The translations under genes and the position numbers were made by a program. Shown one piece after another: positions 1 to 12,490 of a stretch of DNA of 64,000 bases. Numbering within the stretch: position 1 is the first letter of the stretch; the number at the start of each line of letters is the position of its first letter. The notes beneath the pieces were generated by a model. The model saw nothing but the letters and a program-made list of their open reading frames with translations. It did no database searches and was not told the origin of the DNA. Source of the stretch: Epiperipatus broadwayi (taxonomy: Eukaryota; Animalia; Onychophora); the NCBI GenBank assembly GCA_028023455.1, contig JAQFVV010000004.1:12834001-12898000 (forward strand), written 5' to 3'.

Positions 1-9
1 ATTCTCTTC

Positions 10-135
10 TCTGCTTCAGGTGTTGCTGGCCTAACTAGTGACAATACTAGCATGGGAATTGAACCTGGACTCTTAGATTTTTTTAAATTTAAGGTAACGC
101 ACTAACCAACTGAGTCATTTTGCCAGAGGCAATAG
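10..135 (-). mobile_element. tRNA-derived SINE head (related copies near 53290-53470 and 59040-59110)
   Basis: Minus strand has an A-box-like TGACTCAGTTGGTTAGTG and a B-box GGTTCAATTCCC; the same sequence recurs at two other sites. Confidence 0.5.
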
Positions 136-229
136 TCAATAGAAATTTCATATACTTATCTATAAGATTCCTTCTAATTTCTTCATTTTTTCCTAAGAAC
201 AAAGTTGATTATGCATTCACACTAGGTTG

Positions 230-1470
230 ACTTATAGGATTATCCACCATTGTCATATGAGCAGCTTCTTTAAATTTTTGTCAACTAAAATACTATCAGC
301 AAACCTTCAGGAAAACACTTCCATAGTAAACTTTGGATTTTAACCACCCAAATAAAAATAAGTTGAGTTTAAAAGTGGTTGTAACCCAGTTAAGAATTAG
401 TAGAGGTATAGAAAGAAACAATGAATATAAGTTACCATGATGCTTTAAATTTGCTGATTATGAAAAAACATTTGAATCTATAAGCATTTCAACAGTGATT
501 AAAGCATATAAGATATAAACCTTGAATACTGTCATATTCTAAAGAATATTTATCAAAATGAAATAGCAATGATTACATTCAATAGTAATTCTAAGATGAA
601 CATTGAGAAAGATGTACAGCACTGTGATTCCACATTTCCAAAACTTTTTTAAAAAAGTTTTAGAAAAAATATTTTGTGGATTAAAATAGAAAGCTAAGGA
701 AATAAAAGTAAATGGATATTACTATAAGCCATTTATATTTTGCAGATGATTAGCTATTTTTGAAAATAATATTTCAGAGATTCAGGAAATGTTGCAGATG
801 TCGTAAAAAATTATAACTAAAGATAAAAGTTAAAATGGCTAAAGTAATGTTAAATTTATTTTCTCAAAAGAAGAAAATAAAAATTGATTGGTAATCATGA
901 ATTAGAAGAAATAAATAACTACAAATACCTTAGATAGCATATTTATATGAGGAAAATATGATGGATGAAATTAATCATACAATTAAACTTGGATGGTATG
1001 CTTTTGGTAGAAAAAACTTTACATTAAAAAAAAATATGCCTATGTATTTGAAAAGTTTTTTTAACAGATGTGTTTTGTCAGTTCTTATGGATCTGAGATC
1101 TGGACCATTCACAGAAGAGCAATTCAGAGGCTTTAGAGCACTCAATGAAGTATGGAGAGAAGTATATTAGGAATATCAAGTAGAATCAAAAACAAAATTC
1201 ATGAGTGAGAGAAAAAACTGTCATCATGGACATCATTGAAAGAATTAAGAAACTAAAATGGAGTTGAACTGGACATATTGCTAGAAGAAATGATAATAAA
1301 TGGACAGTGGAAGTCTTAAACTGGATCCCAGGAGAAAGATCTAAAATTCATGTGAGATTGATGGATCAAGTAAGGAATTTTTCTGGTATAGTAGAGAAGA
1401 GAGGATAGAAATTGGATTAAACTTGGAGAGAACTTCATTCTGCAATAGTTTAAAGCAGTATAACTTCTTC
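230..1470 (+). mobile_element. Decayed RTE-clade LINE, RT C-terminal half and 3' end
   Basis: Broken frames give RTE-like peptides (YKYLR, IKLGWYAFGR, FNRCVLSVL, KLKWSxTGHIARRNDNKWT), followed by an RTE-like tail and a taa repeat. Confidence 0.7.
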
Positions 1471-1559
1471 AATATCCAATAATAATAAAAAACTAACAGT
1501 ATATACTAATTAAAATGTAATTATTTAATATAGATAAATATTTTTCATATAATAAAGAT

Positions 1560-1620
1560 ATATATGAGAGATAGTGATCTGGACCAACTGATGAGTACGG
1601 ATTCAGCACAAAATGCACCT
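1560..1620 (+). repeat. Family A fragment with degenerate hammerhead (G12 lost)
   Basis: ACCAA CTGATGA gtacggattcagcac AAAA at 1583-1613 matches the family A core. Confidence 0.6.
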
Positions 1621-3142
1621 TGGGGGTCATTTGTCTTTTATTGTATCTTTATTTATATGAATTTTTTAAAAATATGTGGTAATATTGAGAGTTATTTAAT
1701 ATATTTATAAAGATATTACATGTGGGGAAAAGAAATGTGAATAACACCATGTGTTTATTTTAAAAAATAAGATATATTAATCTTTAATTGAGTTTTAAAG
1801 TTTATATCTGTGCTAGAGATAATCACTAGTTTAGCAAATGGTTATTAATAGTCATTACTATATGTATCTAAAGTGGATGGTATCAAAGATGTGGGTTGAG
1901 TTAAGTTGACACTTGTAATTCAAAATGTTATTATTTAATTAAAATTCCTAAATTATTTACTTAGAAATTTATCAAGTCATCTGATAAATATGAAATTAAC
2001 ATAAAATAATTTTTTCAAATGTTGTGACTTTTTTATATATTTTATTGTTACAAGTACTTCCCTCTTATGATATATTATAAAATTCAATTTAAAGTATAAA
2101 AATTTCAATTATCTTACTGAATTAAAACAAGCTACATTCCTTTCTAAGATCATTTACAGTTGGTTTTAACGTTATAATATACAATATTTCTTTTATAATT
2201 CTTTCTTTGTAATTATTAACTAACTTCAATATTTCTGTTTATGTTGGAATTTGTTAATAAATACAAAGAAGAAATTATAAAAAAATATTGCACATTATAA
2301 AGATAAAATCAATTCTAGATAATCACAAGAAGACACTTTTTTTTAATTAAGCAATTTAAACAATTATATTTTTAATTTTTATTATATGTGAATTTCGAAC
2401 AATCTGCTGTTAAATTGACAGTTAAATGAAAAAAAATGTTTTCTATATAGATTGATAAATTTATAAATATGAAATTCAAAAATTAATTTTAATTTTTGTA
2501 ATTATTACAACTTATTTTTTTCATTATGTATAGAAGTTATTTTGTGTATTAAAATTATTATTAAAAAATATTATTTTAAAGTTTAATTTATGGATATGTG
2601 TGTGTATATATATATATATTTATTGTAAGAAAATGAAATATGATGGATTGATATCATTATAAACACTCGTACTGAATTTACCAAATGTTACAGTCAAATA
2701 ATTTACCATGTCATCATCTAGAGTAATGGAATCTTATGTTATGAAGAATATGAAAATAGTTGTGTACACTTATATACAATGGTAAATAACTTATCTATAT
2801 ATTGCTCACATTTTGATGCATCAAATTTTAATAGAATATATAATGAAAATATTATTATTACTTAAAGATTCAAGTTTTAGAAATATACTTGGCTGTGTTT
2901 TGATGTGCTAAAAGAACATATTTTCTTAAATATAAATAATTCAAGTTAAACTATTATGTTATTTCCCAAAACAGCAACTCAAAGAATAGCATGATAATGA
3001 TGACTTGAATTTATATTCAATAGTTATGCCATCAGAATGCCACCAAAAACATTCATTATTGAACCATTAATATGATATATTAGGCATGTCATTCTATACA
3101 CAATTCATTATAAATCTATTATTTACCTTAACATTTAATAGA

Positions 3143-3395
3143 CAGGGTATGAGCACAGACTTTCACATGACCCACCACTCTCCACACTATGTCATAACAC
3201 TGAGACACTTGAACACACATATGTGGAAAAGATTAATAATCACCAATATACGTATTTCATGCTAAACCAGCAATCATCAGTTGGTCCAGATTACCATCTC
3301 TACACATATATGCTACAAGTGCTCAGATATATATTAAGATAGCAAACCCTCCTACTTTAATGGACAGGCTTCAATGTACTCCACACTCCAAATCT
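3143..3395 (-). mobile_element. Family A hammerhead-bearing short repeat
   Basis: About 90% similar to 37035-37260; also similar to 11545-11760 and 27671-27897. Confidence 0.85.
3242..3285 (-). ncRNA. Minimal type I hammerhead ribozyme (family A)
   Basis: ACCAA CTGATGA t-TGCT ggttt AGCA-t GAAA TACGTA TA|TTGGT: 5-bp stem I, palindromic stem III ATACGTAT, AUA cleavage triplet. Confidence 0.8.
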
Positions 3396-4369
3396 AATTA
3401 CTAATATTTTAATACAGCACAAATACAGTCCTCAGATGTAGAATGAAATGATGAATAACAAATTAAGATGCTTTAATTTAATGAAACAAATACTTTAATA
3501 AAATCAAAATATAAATGGTAGCACAAATAAACATTTCATTTTAGTGTATATAACCAATCTATAAAATACTAGCGTTCCATAAACATAATTTCAACATTTA
3601 TAAATAAAAATTTATTGTTAACTTTTCAGTTAATTCCCATATTATGATTTGACAGACATAATGGTCTACCACAGATGATAATCTATTAATATTGATCTAT
3701 TTTTTGTATGAATTCTAGATAAGAATGAAAAGTCCAGGGAAAAAATGGAAAGGAGAAAAACATTGTAAGAAAAATTTTCTTGTAATTCATTTCCAATCAA
3801 ATTTGTGACTTAAAATTCACACATAAAACAATACAACTATTAAAATATTTTTAAAAATGGTTATTATTTTAAAAATTATATGAAAATAAATAAACATTAA
3901 GAAAAATATTTTAAATGCATACATTAAAGAAAAGCACACTAGCTCAATGTAACAGTTAATATTGACAACTTTAAATGATCTTACTTAGAATTCTAAGTAT
4001 TTGCATATGTAGAAATATGCACACACGAATCTTCTTCCATTTAGTAGATGATATTCTTGATTCTCTAAGCTTTCTAGTTAATTACTTCATTGCTTCTTTT
4101 AGATTATTTTCTTTAGACATATTTGGGATCTACATTTACTTTTCAGCATTCAAAAATATTTCCCTTTAGCAGCACCAAACGTTGAAATTTTGCAGGTTGA
4201 TTTTTCTGCCCAGGTCAACTATTTCTAGGATATAGTCATTAAGTTATTTTATACTATATTGCAGGTTTAAGACTGCATTATGGTAATAGTGCAGAGCTTC
4301 TAGCTACTCATATTAGGATGTTTTTCTGCATATTCAAAGCATTTCATTATATAGTCAAAATAAAAGTCA

Positions 4370-4703
4370 TAGATCACATGACCCTATTCTCTTAAGCTTA
4401 TAAATTATAAACAATGAGGATTTCCAATTCCTCAACAAGCTTTGTGATAAATGCTTAGCCAGAGAAAGCATTTAAAATATTTCTGGCAGGAACCCTGCCC
4501 AAACCCCTGACCATGGTTTCGTGCTTTGGCATTCCTCAGAGAGGTGTCAGGGTAGGTTCAGGCACCTCTCCGAGGAGTGCCAAAGCACAAAACCATGGTC
4601 AAAGGTTGGGGGTGGGGTTCCTGACAGAGATATTTTAAATGCTTTCTCTGGCTAAGCATTTATCACAAAGCTTGTTGAGGAATTGGCAATCCTCATTGTT
4701 TAT
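4370..4703. mobile_element. Family E fold-back element (arms about 4409-4546 and 4563-4703)
   Basis: About 140-bp inverted arms around a 16-nt spacer; each arm holds a hammerhead core. Confidence 0.85.
4504..4544 (-). ncRNA. Type I hammerhead ribozyme (family E)
   Basis: CCTCT CTGAGGA aTGC caaa GCAc GAAA CCATGG TC|AGGGG; the + arm copy (4565-4605) has GTGC/GCAC but mutated core positions. Confidence 0.8.
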
Positions 4704-5972
4704 TTCATTATATGAGTGAAGGAATGAACTTAGACATGACAATATCTTCTGCTAACTTCAACCACAGATATGACCATTATGAATTCAATATGCAACTGCC
4801 TATTATTTTAAAATGCACTACATATCTATTTGAATCTATCAGTTATATACTTTTTTGTAATGATGTCACTGATACTAAACAGAACATTTCCTCTTTAATT
4901 AATTTATTTTTTTCATTTCTTTAATAAGCCTATCTATTTTGGATTTATTTCTTAATGATTGTTTTTAAATTAAATATATTTTACATTACCTAATTATGAC
5001 ATTGCTTTTCTTAAATAATTTACATTTTTAATTTATAAAATATAATTATTATTTTTATAACAGTTGTTACAAATTTTCTACCAATTTACTAATCTAGCTT
5101 ATTAAAATTTCCAAAACTTCATATAAAAGTACTTACTCTAATGAAAACAACAAAACTGAAGCATATTTCTAATTCTACAATAGTTTTAATCCTTTTTAAA
5201 TGAAAATTTTTTATAAAAAACTTATTTTAACTCATTATCTTCTACATGACTTTCAATATATTTTATTGTAATATATTTATTCTTATGTTATTGAAATGAT
5301 CAATTTCATCCATCTGCCCATTTCACTTATTTTACTCACACATCTATCTATATGCCAGGTTTAAACCCTCCCAGAGTACCCATCTGAATAACATTAAATT
5401 AGTATAGATGCAGAATCACGTATATATATGCAAGCAGTATGTCTGTAATTTAATTGAATATGTATAGATTACAGATATGTATCAATTTTATAAATAGTTC
5501 TAATTTAAGAAATATTTTAGTTAAATTATTTAGCAACTTTATTATTGTATTAGTGAAATCGCATATGCATATTTCTTGTTATTCTGCATTTATTCTACCA
5601 CCTCTGGTTATAAAATGTTTTCTGCTAATTACAAGGTAATTTTGTCAAAATAACGTTCGATCCTGTAAATAGATTTAATGTAGGTCACGCATTTAGTCCT
5701 AAAACAGTCCTAAAATAGCGTGGATATTGTTTGAAATATAAAATGTTGACAACAAGATAAGCAGGAAAACAGAATCTAAATTACTTTGTTATCACTAAAA
5801 TTGTTTTTCTAAATAAAGAAATGAGTTTTTCTACCGGTGGGAATAATTAAATGTTTGCTAAAATAGAAATGGATTGTTCAGCCACATAAGAAAATAACAG
5901 GTGGACAGAGTAAAAAAGGTATAAATACTTGAAGTTTTATTAACAAGGAGATGATATATATATTAAGTGAAC

Positions 5973-7874
5973 TGTAGGTCGAATCCACGTCAGTTTCACC
6001 TTAAAAATGTTCGAGTAGAGGCCGTAATTCACCGCCTCTCCTCATGGAGAATGGAGAGCTTTGGTCCAATAAAACCTAATGCCATTACCAGCAAAAGTAG
6101 CCCATGGAAAAATCTCTGTTAACCATGCATCATCTTCAAGTGTCAATTTACTATCATCCCAAGTGCTTCAAAACCAGCTGCAGTGGAAACAACTAAACGG
6201 TAAATTTTTCTCAGAGCTCTTGTCTATAAACTGTGACTTTCATTTCCCTATTTTAAAAGCTAGCTATTCACTAAATCTGCTTTCACCAACACCTTTACTA
6301 AAATCTACAAAGAAAATTGTTAAATGCTAAGTCTTGCCTGATTGTAGAATGCTAAAACTTGTCTGATTATAAAACTTGAATTCTCTTTTATAATATAAAA
6401 CTCGAATTCTCTTTTAAATTGTAAAACTCCTAATAATCTATTTTAAATGTATAATTTTCTGCGGTCTTTTTATGCCTATTTCTAAATCTATTCCATTTAT
6501 TTTATGATTTTATCATTTTAATATAATATGTGTATTTAATAATGACTCGAAACCGCAAGTATTTCTAAATATCCTTTTAGCTTATCGATTTGCAAAGATA
6601 ATTTCAAATCTTCACTATAATTTAATATTAATCAATTGAATTATTATTCTTCATTCTCACTCGGTTTCGAGATCATATTATGTTACTGATTAAGTTTTGG
6701 GTATCAATATTACAATAATCAGTTATCTAGCTATTTTATACAGTTTGCTTAATTTTAGTTATGAATTATAACTATTTATATATATAACTCGTATATCACC
6801 GGAACTAGCCACAGAAATATTCTCAAAGCATATTTTAATATTTTATTCGTAATTACCCCGCAAATATGCTTTATCCTCCTTAGATTTAGTTATGTTGAGA
6901 CGCAGGGGATAATATTAAACTAAGTTACTAATTAATTTAGTCCCTGAATAGTATATTTAAAATACTAAATTTGAGAGCTGGATTATATAGATATGCAAAT
7001 AGATGCTATCTAATTTTAAGGCATGATAATGTAATGTTACATGATTGCGTTATATATAGGTATAAGTTGCGGATATGTCCTTACAAAGTATGCAATGTAC
7101 TCTTATCAGCTTGCTGCCTGACTTTCGATGATGGGCTGGCGGAGGTCACTCTCATCCACTTTAGTTCGGGTTCAAGCACACTTTTAGAACTAGGGCACAA
7201 GGACCTAGATGATTCATAATGCTTATCCGACTACCTGAACTACTAATGTTCTTATTCGTGGCAAGTTGAGCGATCTTAGGGAAAACCGAGTCTTTGGAGA
7301 CTGAAGCCCGTGAATAATGACCCATTCGCATCTTTTTGCTTAATTAATATTTTAATATGTGCCATAGAGGATATAGGTAAACCTATCATAAATCAGTTTT
7401 CTCTCCCTTTTATGTTAAACGCTTATCTAGCATTAGTATACATCCTAATCTAGGTTAACACGCCGACCTGCGCATCTCTGAGCCTAATTACATGCTCGAA
7501 TTAACTTTGTATTAAATAGACGCCATAGTAGCATTATGATAGTTAGTTATATAGCTTTGGCTATAAAGTTCCGCGTGATCTGGTAGACTACAAAAGAGCT
7601 AGAAATTTGGCATATTAATTAATATAGGCATGAAATTCCAATACCGCCCTACACATTATTAAACGCTTATAATGAAATATATAACATGAATCTCAGCAGT
7701 TATCTAATGCCTGCGAGTGTTAAACCTCATGTTCCTACCATATAATTTGGTATGTTTTAATTTATTGTTTGCTATTGTTTTATTAAAGTAATAATATTTA
7801 AAATTGTAACTCGTTTGCATATTTTATTGTCCATGAATTCATTTTGTCCAATTCTATATTTAATTGCACCTACA
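5973..7874. mobile_element. Probable solo LTR or LTR-like insertion
   Basis: Ends TGTAGGTCGAAT...ATTGCACCTACA (12-bp inverted termini, 2 mismatches); CpG-richer than flanks; no ORF; no TSD found. Confidence 0.45.
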
Positions 7875-8189
7875 CTATTTCATATATATGTAGATCAGTC
7901 TGTTAAGTTCTATAATTAATTGCTTAGCCATATGTGTATATATCTGACCAAATCAGTGATAAATAAGTTAAATTATGAGTCTCTTGTCCTACCAGGAGTG
8001 ACTGCTGGACTGAGAGTGAACTGATTGTCTGTGTACATTGAGGAATGTCATCCATAGGGTAGTAAATCATTGAGCAGAGGTGAAAGTATTGAATGTTGGT
8101 CAGATTCTGGATCCCAGCATCTGGATTCGATCAGCTTTAGTATATTTTGCGTATGTTCTAGATTTTGTTACGTGGAGACAATTCTTACC

Positions 8190-9131
8190 ATTACATTATA
8201 TATACAGCTTGCAAAATAAGCTCTTAACAAGCTTTGAGAATATCCCCAACCCCAAACTGGTTTCTGCTACTGGCATCGTGAGGTGCCAGGATATTCAAGC
8301 ATTAGATTAAAAATACTAGAACAAGCCCAGCACTTTATCTAATGAATATCTATCTATTAAGAAGTAAATCTGAAATTTTCGGATATCCATATGTCTTCCA
8401 ATCCAGCTATCTAACTTAAATAGCCATATGGGACTGAACTAAGTTCAGATACTCCATATATTAATAGCTTTAGCAATATAAAACCATCAAAGCCTTAATG
8501 GCAAAAAATAAAATTACTAAAAAATCAAGTCAGATGTCACATGACCTAATTTAATAAGTTTGTATTTACAAATGTTATATATAGATCTCGCAAATAATCT
8601 CTTAACAAGCTTTGAGAATATCCCCAGACAGGTTTCTGCTACTGACATCATCAAATTAAATTAAATTATTAAATTAGGTCATGTGACATCTGACTTGATT
8701 TTTTTGTAATTTTATTTTTTGCTATTAAGGCTTTGGTGGTTTTATATTGCTACAGCTATTAATATATGAAGTGTCTGAACTTAGTTCAGTCCCATATGAA
8801 TATTTAAGTTAGATAGCTGGATTGGAAAACATATGGATGTCTGAAAAATTCAGATTTTCTACTTAAATATATGGATGTCTGAAAAATACAGATTTTCTAC
8901 TTAATAGTTATACATTAGATAAAGTGCTGGGATTGTCCTAGTATTTTTAATCTAATGCTTGAATATCCTAGCACCTCACTGATGATGCCAGTAGCAAAAA
9001 TCGGTCTGGGATTGAGGATATTCTCAACGCTTGTTAAAAGCTTATTTTGCAAGCTCTATATATAACATTTGTAAATACAAGCTTATTAAATTAGATCATG
9101 TGACATCTGACTTGATTTTTTTTTTGTAATC
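8190..9131. mobile_element. Family C locus: inverted pair of circularly permuted hammerhead units of about 372-380 bp
   Basis: Minus arm 8655->8190 has two hammerhead remnants with GAAA 372 nt apart; plus arm 8670->9131 is one unit plus a terminal direct repeat, hammerhead at 8974-9010. Confidence 0.85.
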
Positions 9132-10944
9132 ATATTTATTCTTTTATTTAAACTATAATAGTAATTTTAAACTGCAAGAAGTTATTCAAAAAAATTCCAT
9201 TCAACAGGCAAATGTATCTTCATTCTTTGTCTATTTAAAAATCTTAAACCAGTATAAAAGATGGAATCTCTCTTTTATCTATAAAGGTTATCTTGACAAT
9301 AGACTGTGGGCATTGTACTGACTTATTAAGTTTTAGGTATTGTGTTGAGAATTATATTTGGAAACCTGTTACCTATTAGTAATTTATGGTTTATTATATT
9401 TAAAGCATAGACTAGAGGTTTATTTGAAAGGTTATAAAAATATCCATTTATTAAACTACCTTCAAGCAGCATATATTTGTCTGTCGAATAGAGTTTATTT
9501 AAAAACTTCTAGTCATATTAAAAACTCAACCATTTTAGTCATATAACTTCATTCTTTTCTATTTATAAGACCTTAACTAATCAAGATAAAAGATGAAATT
9601 CAACTTTTATCTATAAAGATTGTGGATATTCTACTGGTTTATTAGGCTTTGGTTGTTCTGTGAATTATATATATATTGAATATTTGTGGATACATACATT
9701 TTGATAATAAAAGATTATAAATGTTAACCTACTGAATTCTAACATTTCTTTTGTTCCATTTGGTGGGAGTTTTGGAAAATGCTCAAGCTTTCACTTTTGT
9801 ATAAAATATTCACTTTATACTAAAACTCAATAAATTGGAATTTGATTACTTTTTAATTTTATTTTATAAATGAATATTTTAAAAAATTCTATTTGATTTT
9901 TTTAAATATTTAGAAAATGTAAACTTTTTTTCTAAAAATGAATCAATTCTTTTTCATTTTGTTTTTTTAATGTGAAGAAATGTGTATTTATCATGAATCT
10001 ATCAGAAATCTGATATTTGCTTTATAATTATTACAATATTTGAAAAGAATTTAATGCTTTGTCAATTTTGACAGATAATGTAGATGCTATGATTTTCTGT
10101 TTTTATTACAGTCAAATTTTTAAAAATAAAAGATGATGAAGAAATTGAAAGTTTATATGTATATTTCTTTTTAAATAAAATCAACCAATTAGTATGTAAA
10201 AATAATCAGAAATATTTTATGAACAAGCAAAAAATCGTATTTTTTTATTCCAAAAACTTTGCATAAAAACTAGACCAGAAGTAAATGCCTTCTGGACTTT
10301 TTTCTGTCTTAAACAATAGAGTAATATATAAAATCTAAACTGATTGTCCCTAATATACTGACCTTTTCAGATTTTTTTAAATTTAAAAATCAATAAAAGC
10401 TGTCCCACAGAAATAATTTTTTAACAATATCCTATGCTAATATCACAATAATGAAAAAACAGCAATGTAAAGCATAACTACCATGGTTCTTCGGAGCTAA
10501 ACAAGCCACAATTTCCAACAAATCTGAAAGTTATCAAGTTATTGATTAAAAGAGATAATAATTTAGATTAATTTATACAATTACTGTTTATCATCTTCAT
10601 TTTCAATTTTTTATTCTTTCTTCATAATTTCTTTTAGAAGGTATATAATATCTAAAAAATGTCATGTAAATGGCTCAATTGTTGGTTTTATTTGTTCTTT
10701 TGTTAAATGGAATTTTACACTCACTTTGGAACAATATAAAAATAATATTGAAACAGTAATTATAGTTTCAATAAAATAATTCAAGTATTCAAAATATAGT
10801 CGAAAACTTTGTAATATATTAAGACAAATCTCATAGCACACAACAATTGTGTGGGTACATATATATATATATAAAACTTAAAAAATAGAAAAATAGATAA
10901 AATTTACTGCATATATTTATATTTTAATACAAGTATAGTATATA

Positions 10945-11200
10945 TATTGCTTATAATAACTTCTTTCATATACACTTTAATGCAAAAAAAAAATTTTAAT
11001 AAAACTTCTTGATATTTCTGACAGTTTCGACTGTCCAGCAGTCTTCATCAGAGCTTTCTCAAACTTCCTCTGCTTTTTAAAAAGGAGAAAGCTCTGATGA
11101 AGACTGCTGGACAGTCGAAACTGTCAGGAAAATAGAGAAGTTTTATTAATTTTTTTTTTTGCATTAAAGTGTATATGAAAGACGTTATAAGCAATCTATA
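10945..11200. mobile_element. Family D fold-back element with hammerhead-like core in each arm
   Basis: Inverted arms around a spacer near 11060-11084; CTGATGA a GACTG ctgga CAGTC GAAA CTGTC at 11094-11125; second copy at 22920-23171. Confidence 0.8.
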
Positions 11201-11544
11201 TGAATATATAAAGAAATGCAAAGAAAGTAAAGGAGAATAAGAGTATATACTTCTAATAATATAGTATATATACTTAAGCTAGATGTATAAAAAATAGTCT
11301 GGAATAACATAAACTTTGATTAAACAGTACAATTTTTTTGACATTTTTTAGATGCAGTAAATTATTTAAAATCAAATATAAAATCTATTTAATGCAAATA
11401 ATTTTGACAAAAATGTAAAATTATCTAACAAAGAAAAATTTTTTTTATCTAAAGCAAAGTTGTTTTTTCTTTATTATGCACTTTAATTATAGTTAATTAC
11501 AAAATTTATTTTGTTTTTACTTAAGAGATTAATGTAATTATAAG

Positions 11545-12110
11545 GATTTGAACTCACACTTTCAACCCCCACAGATTCCCCTATTCATCTTATATAACTG
11601 AAACACATGACCACATACATGTGAAAAAGATAAATAACCTCCAATATACATATTTTGTGCTGAACTAGCACTTATCATTTGGTCCAGATCATCTTCCACA
11701 TATATACAATTACTGCACAGTTTATGTTAAGATAACAAATCTTCAAACTTTAATCTTCTCCATTCTCCAATTCTTCAGCCATCCATATCATTAAAAATCG
11801 AGAGATAAAATACTCAAAGCCCTTGATGATGACAATATTATTGTCTTACCCGTGTTGACCTTATTTCATTCTGATACCTCACCCATAGGACCTTAATATT
11901 GTACTGGTCACTATGTCCTAACTCCAACATGACCTAAGATCCTTGAAATAACTTTGAGCTATCCTGATCTAGATTCGATTTGAGACCAGTCAGGATTCGA
12001 ACCCCATCCCAAGATCCCAGTTCAAACTCCAAAGCATGACCTATAATGTCCGTACAATGATATGTGCCACGAACTAGCTCAACGGATATTATTATTAATG
12101 AGAATACTTA
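11545..12110 (-). mobile_element. Longer family A copy with degenerate hammerhead and an upstream B-box
   Basis: 11545-11760 matches family A; 11760-11860 matches 27905-28010 in reverse; GGTTCGAATCC on the minus strand at 11993-12003. Confidence 0.6.
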
Positions 12111-12167
12111 ACTGATTCTAAATAATGCAGGATACATAGAACCACTCATGGATCTCTGCATAAATCA

Positions 12168-12490
12168 ATATATATATATATATATATGGGTTGTCAAACA
12201 ACAGTGAACATTAATACTTAGTCTAATTAATGAATAGTGATACATCAAACATCAAGTATAATATATAATATTTAATACAAGCAATGATCATATAAATTAT
12301 GATGATGATCTGCATAACTTATCTCTAGTCAATATATATATATATGGGTTCCCAAACAATAGTCAACATTAATACTTAATCTAATTAATGAATAATGACG
12401 GGTCAGACACCAAGTATAATATATAATATTTAATACAAGAAATGATCATATAAATGATGATGATGATCTGCATAACTTATCTCTAGTCCA
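12168..12490. repeat. Tandem duplication, about 160-bp unit x2
   Basis: Two adjacent copies starting (AT)n-GGGTT and ending gatctgcataacttatctctagtc. Confidence 0.85.
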
